This document shows, in pieces, positions 59,942 to 64,000 of a stretch of 64,000 nt of DNA; position 1 is the stretch's first letter, and each line of letters opens with the position of its first letter. Origin of the DNA: Candidatus Eiseniibacteriota bacterium (GTDB lineage Bacteria; Orphanbacterota; Orphanbacteria; Orphanbacterales; Orphanbacteraceae). The stretch covers positions 1 to 64,000 of the forward strand of contig JBDROZ010000088.1 of assembly GCA_043809585.1 (NCBI GenBank). The letters run 5' to 3'. The notes under the pieces were generated by a model. That model saw only the letters and a list, made by a program, of their open reading frames with translations. It was not told the origin of the DNA and ran no database searches. Position numbers and translations under genes: made by a program.

Positions 59942-61489
59942 ATGAGCGATCACGGCCTTTCGTCGTTCGCCGCGAATCTCCGCAAAGTGCCGGAGACGCT
60001 CCGGGCCTCTTTCGTCCGGCACGGGGCGCCGGTTTCCGACCGGAGCCGGTCCCAGGCGGTGTTTGGCAACCTGTTTCTGCACATCCATTCGACGAGGGTT
60101 CACATCCGAACGCTCCGCTTCTCGACGACCATGGCCCTCGGCGTGGCCACCGCCTCGTTCTTTCTGGTGCTCTTGGCGACGGGCGTTCTCCTGATGGTCT
60201 ACTACAAGCCGGCCGTCGACCTCGCCTACGACAGCATCAAGGACATCGAAAACGTGGTGCCCACGGGCCGGTACATCAGGAACATCCATCGGTGGTCGGC
60301 CCATCTCATGGTCGTCACGGTCCTGCTCCATATGTTCCGGGTCTTCTACACGGCGAGCTACAAGTCCCCCCGGGAGTTCAACTGGCTCATGGGCATGGTG
60401 CTGCTCGTTCTGACCCTCGGCCTCTCCTTCACCGGGTATCTCCTGCCGTGGGATCAGCTCGCCTACTGGGCGGTCACCATCGGGTCGAACATCGCCGCCT
60501 CCCCCCGGGAACTGACCGACGTGCTCCGGATCACGGACCACTTCGACCCGGGAGGATTGCAGCGGAGGCTCCTGCTCGGTTCGAATCTCGTCGGTCCCGA
60601 GGCGCTGATCCGCTTCTATCTTCTTCACGTCATGGTTCTTCCCCTCGCCCTTGCGGCCGTCCTCGGCGTCCACTTCTGGCGAATCAGGAAGGACGGAGGC
60701 CTCGGGCGGCCCGGCGGCCCTCCCACGACCGCCGGAAAAGGCGCCGCGCCTCCCGGCTCGGAGAGCGCGCCGCCGGAGAGCGCGCCCCGGAAGACCTACG
60801 GTCTCATGTGTGTCGTTCGGGACCGTACGCCCGCCACGAACCTCGATCCCGCCGACACGGTGCCTTCCTGGCCGTACGTCCTCCGGGCCGAGCTGCTGGT
60901 CTTCATGATCTCCATGCTCGTCTGCGTCGTGCTCGGCCTCGCGGCCGACGCCCCCTTGAAGGAAATGGCGAACCCCTCGGTCCCCGAAAACCCGGCCAAG
61001 GCGCCCTGGTATTTCCTCGGGCTCCAGGAACTGGTTTCCTACTCGGCGTTCGCGGGAGGACTCGTGATCCCGGCCATCACGCTGCTCGGGCTCGCCCTCA
61101 TCCCCTACCTCGACCGGGAACGGGAGGAGGCGGGCGTGTGGTTCAGCGGAAGCGCCGGCCGCCGCGTCGCCGTCGCGAGCCTCCTCTTCGCGGCGATCGG
61201 CGCGGCGCTCGCCGTGGCGATTCCGGTCCGCTTCGGGTGGATCCGGAACTGGTTTCCCGACGCCTCCCAGCTCTGGGTGATTCTCGTCAACCCGGGAACG
61301 CTGCTCACGGCGGCGTACGCGGCCTACTCCCTGATCGTGTTGAAGCGGACCGGCTCCACCAGACTGGGGGCCATCGCGCTCTTTACCTGTTTCGTTGCCG
61401 GTTTCGTGGTCTTGACCTACGTCGGTTCGGAGCTCCGGGGTCCCAACTGGGAATTCTTCTGGAGCAAGTCGGGCTGGCCGGTGCATTGA
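59942..61489 (+). CDS. Cytochrome b (fused b6 + subunit IV type)
   Basis: RNIHRWSAH...LHMFRVF, REFNW, TGYLLPWDQLAYWA, FYLLH...VHFW, NPAKAPWYF motifs. Confidence 0.93.
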   Translation: MSDHGLSSFAANLRKVPETLRASFVRHGAPVSDRSRSQAVFGNLFLHIHSTRVHIRTLRFSTTMALGVATASFFLVLLATGVLLMVYYKPAVDLAYDSIKDIENVVPTGRYIRNIHRWSAHLMVVTVLLHMFRVFYTASYKSPREFNWLMGMVLLVLTLGLSFTGYLLPWDQLAYWAVTIGSNIAASPRELTDVLRITDHFDPGGLQRRLLLGSNLVGPEALIRFYLLHVMVLPLALAAVLGVHFWRIRKDGGLGRPGGPPTTAGKGAAPPGSESAPPESAPRKTYGLMCVVRDRTPATNLDPADTVPSWPYVLRAELLVFMISMLVCVVLGLAADAPLKEMANPSVPENPAKAPWYFLGLQELVSYSAFAGGLVIPAITLLGLALIPYLDREREEAGVWFSGSAGRRVAVASLLFAAIGAALAVAIPVRFGWIRNWFPDASQLWVILVNPGTLLTAAYAAYSLIVLKRTGSTRLGAIALFTCFVAGFVVLTYVGSELRGPNWEFFWSKSGWPVH

Positions 61490-61498
61490 GGTGAATCG

Positions 61499-63037
61499 AT
61501 GAACCACTCCGTCGATCCAGCGGAATCCATGGCCGAGAAGGTGGGAGAAGAGGCGCGCCGAAGAGACCGGTGGGTCAAGATCGGCCTGCTCGCGTTCAGC
61601 GCGGCGACCCTCGCGTTGCTCGTCACGGCCGCGCTCCGGGAAAACGTCTTCACCGAATGGAAGGCGCACCAGAGGCGATATGCCGCCATCCTCCGGGAGA
61701 AGGCCGCCGACCGGGACGGCGAGCTGCTCGCCGAGCGCTTCCGGGTGGAGATGCGGCAGGTCGTCCTTCCCGAACTCGGGACCGTCGACCGATGCGTTTC
61801 CTGCCACACCGGCATGGACGACCCGCGAATGACCGGCGTCCCGGCCCCCTACGCCGCGCACCCCGGAGACTACCTCCGGGAGCACGAGATCGAGAGGTTC
61901 GGCTGCACCATTTGCCACCGCGGCCAAGGAAGGGCGATGGACTTCGAACAGGCGAAGTCGGAGAAGCACCACTGGGACTACCCCCTCCTCCCGACCGTGT
62001 ACGCCCAGTCCTCCTGCGGAGTCTGCCACTCCCCCGAGGAAGTGGCCGTGCGGGGCGGCGACTGGTACGCCGCCGGGGCGGCGCAGTTCGAAGAGAAAGG
62101 CTGCCGCTCGTGCCACAAGCTCGGGGGCCGGGGCGGCAATCTCGGACCGGAGCTGGACAACGAGGGCCTGAAGGTCCGGGGCCAGCTTCCCATGGCCCGC
62201 GTGGAAGGTCCGAAGACTCTTCCCGAGTGGCTCGCCGAGCACTTCCGTGACCCCGGAGGGATCGTGGCGGGGAGCCGAATGCCCTCGCCCGGCCTCAGTC
62301 CCGACGAAAACCGGGCGCTGACGACGTTCATGCTCTCCCTCCAGGACCGGGACCTCCCTTCCTCCTACCTGACACCGGAGCGCCACCTCGAGGTGTACCG
62401 GAATGCCCGCCCGCCCGAGAGAACGGGAGAGGATCTGTACCGGACATTCTGCTCCCACTGCCACGACACGGGACGGTCGGGAAGATTCGACAAGTTCTTC
62501 GGAATCTTCATTCCCGCGATCCGGGGAGAGAGCTACCGGAGCACGGTTTCCCCCGCGTACCTCGCGGCGAACATCCGCGAAGGCCGGCCGGGGAAGATCA
62601 TGCCCGGCTGGAGTCCCGCTTCCGGCGGCCTGTCGGAGGAGGAGATTCGGCGTGTCGCGGTCTACCTGCTCGGGCGGGAAGTCTCCCCGGACGAATGGAA
62701 CGACCCGAAACCGTCCCCGGCGCCGAAGGGGGACGCGGAGCGGGGCCGGAGGCTCTTCGCGAAAAACTGCTCCGGCTGCCACGGCGCGGACGGGGCCGGA
62801 CGGGTGGGTCCGTCGCTGGACACGGCCGTGTTCCGGCGGTACGCCGGCGACCCGTTCCTATTCCGCACCATCGCGGAGGGACGGAGGAACACGGCCATGC
62901 CGGCGTTTCTCGGGCCCGTGGCCGGCGGACTCGGTGAGGGAGACGTGAACGATCTGATCGCATTCCTGAGGACCCTCGGCCGAGGCGCGGTCGCTCTCGC
63001 CGCTCCGGCCGCGGGGGCTCCGGTCTCCGATCCATAG
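61499..63037 (+). CDS. Membrane-anchored hexaheme cytochrome c
   Basis: N-terminal TM helix; six CxxCH motifs: CVSCH, CTICH, CGVCH, CRSCH, CSHCH, CSGCH. Confidence 0.9.
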   Translation: MNHSVDPAESMAEKVGEEARRRDRWVKIGLLAFSAATLALLVTAALRENVFTEWKAHQRRYAAILREKAADRDGELLAERFRVEMRQVVLPELGTVDRCVSCHTGMDDPRMTGVPAPYAAHPGDYLREHEIERFGCTICHRGQGRAMDFEQAKSEKHHWDYPLLPTVYAQSSCGVCHSPEEVAVRGGDWYAAGAAQFEEKGCRSCHKLGGRGGNLGPELDNEGLKVRGQLPMARVEGPKTLPEWLAEHFRDPGGIVAGSRMPSPGLSPDENRALTTFMLSLQDRDLPSSYLTPERHLEVYRNARPPERTGEDLYRTFCSHCHDTGRSGRFDKFFGIFIPAIRGESYRSTVSPAYLAANIREGRPGKIMPGWSPASGGLSEEEIRRVAVYLLGREVSPDEWNDPKPSPAPKGDAERGRRLFAKNCSGCHGADGAGRVGPSLDTAVFRRYAGDPFLFRTIAEGRRNTAMPAFLGPVAGGLGEGDVNDLIAFLRTLGRGAVALAAPAAGAPVSDP

Positions 63038-63053
63038 GCCAGAGAGGAGCGAT

Positions 63054-64000
63054 ATGATGGACGACCGAACCCACGAGCTGGCTCCTCGATCGGAGGACGG
63101 CGGGACCTCCCGCTCGATTCCCGGGCGCGGCATCGGCCGGCGCCGCTTCCTGCAGCTCGGCGCCGGCTTCGCCGCCTGGATGGCCCGCCCGGCGGGGGCC
63201 GCGCTCGAGGAGTTCGATGTCGTCGACGTCGACCCACTCAGGAGCTATCCCTATCGGGGGTGGGAGGATCTCTACCGGGAGCGCGCCGGGTGGGACCGCG
63301 TCGTCCGTTCCACCCACTCGGCGAACTGCACCGGCTCGTGCTCGTGGAAGGTGTACGTGAAGGACGGCATCATGATCCGGGAGGAACAGGCGGCGGATTA
63401 TCCCCGGATCAACGAGGACCTCCCCGACTACAATCCGCGGGGCTGCAACAAGGGCGCATGCTTCGTCGAGTACGTGTACGGCGCACAGCGCCTCAAGTAC
63501 CCGCTCATCCGCGCCGGCGAGCGGGGGAGGGAAAGTGGCGGCGCGTGGGGTGGGACGAAGCCCTCGAGTACGTGGCGGAGAAGCTCCTGGACAATGTCTA
63601 CAACCACGGCCCCGACACCAACACCTTCTTCTCGGTCATCCCGGCCATGTCGCCGGTATCGTTCTGCGCGGGATCGCGCCTCGCCCATTTCATCGGAGGC
63701 GTGTTCTGCTCCTTCTACGACTGGTACTGCGACCTTCCCCCCGGAGAGCCGATCACGTGGGGCGTGCAGACCGAGGCGTGCGAGTGCGCGGACTGGTTCA
63801 ACGCCAAACACATCGTTCTCTGGGGATCCAACATCAACGCCACGCGGATTCCGGACGCCCACTTCGCCTGGGAGGCGCGGTACAACGGGGCGACGGTGGC
63901 CTGCGTCTCGCCCGACTACAACGCCAGCTCGATCCACGCAGACCAGTACGTCCGAATCGAACCGGGGATGGACATCGTCCTGGCCAACGCCGTCTGCCGG
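63054..64000 (+). CDS. Tat-exported type II DMSO-reductase-family molybdoenzyme alpha subunit (periplasmic NarG-like); partial, frameshifted at G5 63523-63527
   Basis: Not in the ORF track. ATG 63054; GRRRFLQ; THSANCTGSCSW...PRGCNKG. After +1 G it reads ERGEGKWRRVGWDEAL...SFYDWYCDLPPGEPITWG...WGSN...TRIPDAHF. Confidence 0.88.
   Translation, partial: MMDDRTHELAPRSEDGGTSRSIPGRGIGRRRFLQLGAGFAAWMARPAGAALEEFDVVDVDPLRSYPYRGWEDLYRERAGWDRVVRSTHSANCTGSCSWKVYVKDGIMIREEQAADYPRINEDLPDYNPRGCNKGACFVEYVYGAQRLKYPLIRAGERGRESGGAWGGTKPSSTWRRSSWTMSTTTAPTPTPSSRSSRPCRRYRSARDRASPISSEACSAPSTTGTATFPPESRSRGACRPRRASARTGSTPNTSFSGDPTSTPRGFRTPTSPGRRGTTGRRWPASRPTTTPARSTQTSTSESNRGWTSSWPTPSA

Noticed and set aside
63054-64000. 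Firm assignment as narG, nxrA or pcrA
   Set aside because: Only the N-terminal part is visible, and substrate or direction cannot be fixed without phylogeny, so no gene symbol is given.

Overview
GC-rich bacterial chromosome segment. Four secreted proteins with FlgD-Ig/T9SS-like C-terminal tails and one with a 'TWGSVKGLFR' tail suggest an FCB-group candidate phylum such as Eisenbacteria, Krumholzibacteriota or Latescibacterota (inference). From left to right it holds: the probable left end of an IS630-like element; a PerR/Fur-headed operon (MauG-like di-heme enzyme, Tat metallophosphoesterase, SoxA-like cytochrome); a surface-glycan cluster (SGNH-like and deacetylase-like proteins, 3 GT4, GT2, Wzm/Wzt); DUF3015-DUF4105-lipoprotein genes; a peroxiredoxin with an in-frame UGA at its catalytic site (selenoprotein); an SLC13 transporter; a tRNA-Glu-adjacent patch (YfiR remnant cut by REP-like palindromes, Ser/Thr kinase); assorted metabolic genes (pfkA, NmrA, sulfatase-like, 3-hydroxyacyl-CoA dehydrogenase, thiolase); a secreted operon with a 2304-aa CARDB/dockerin/cohesin protein carrying an AT-rich internal cassette; and an Rrf2-headed respiratory operon (NAD(P)/FAD/Fe-S oxidoreductase, Rieske protein, cytochrome b, hexaheme cytochrome c, Tat-exported NarG-like molybdoenzyme) that runs off the right edge. 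Three genes are broken at G homopolymers, each fixed by +1 G, which most likely reflects assembly error. All family assignments come from motif recognition by eye; no searches were run.
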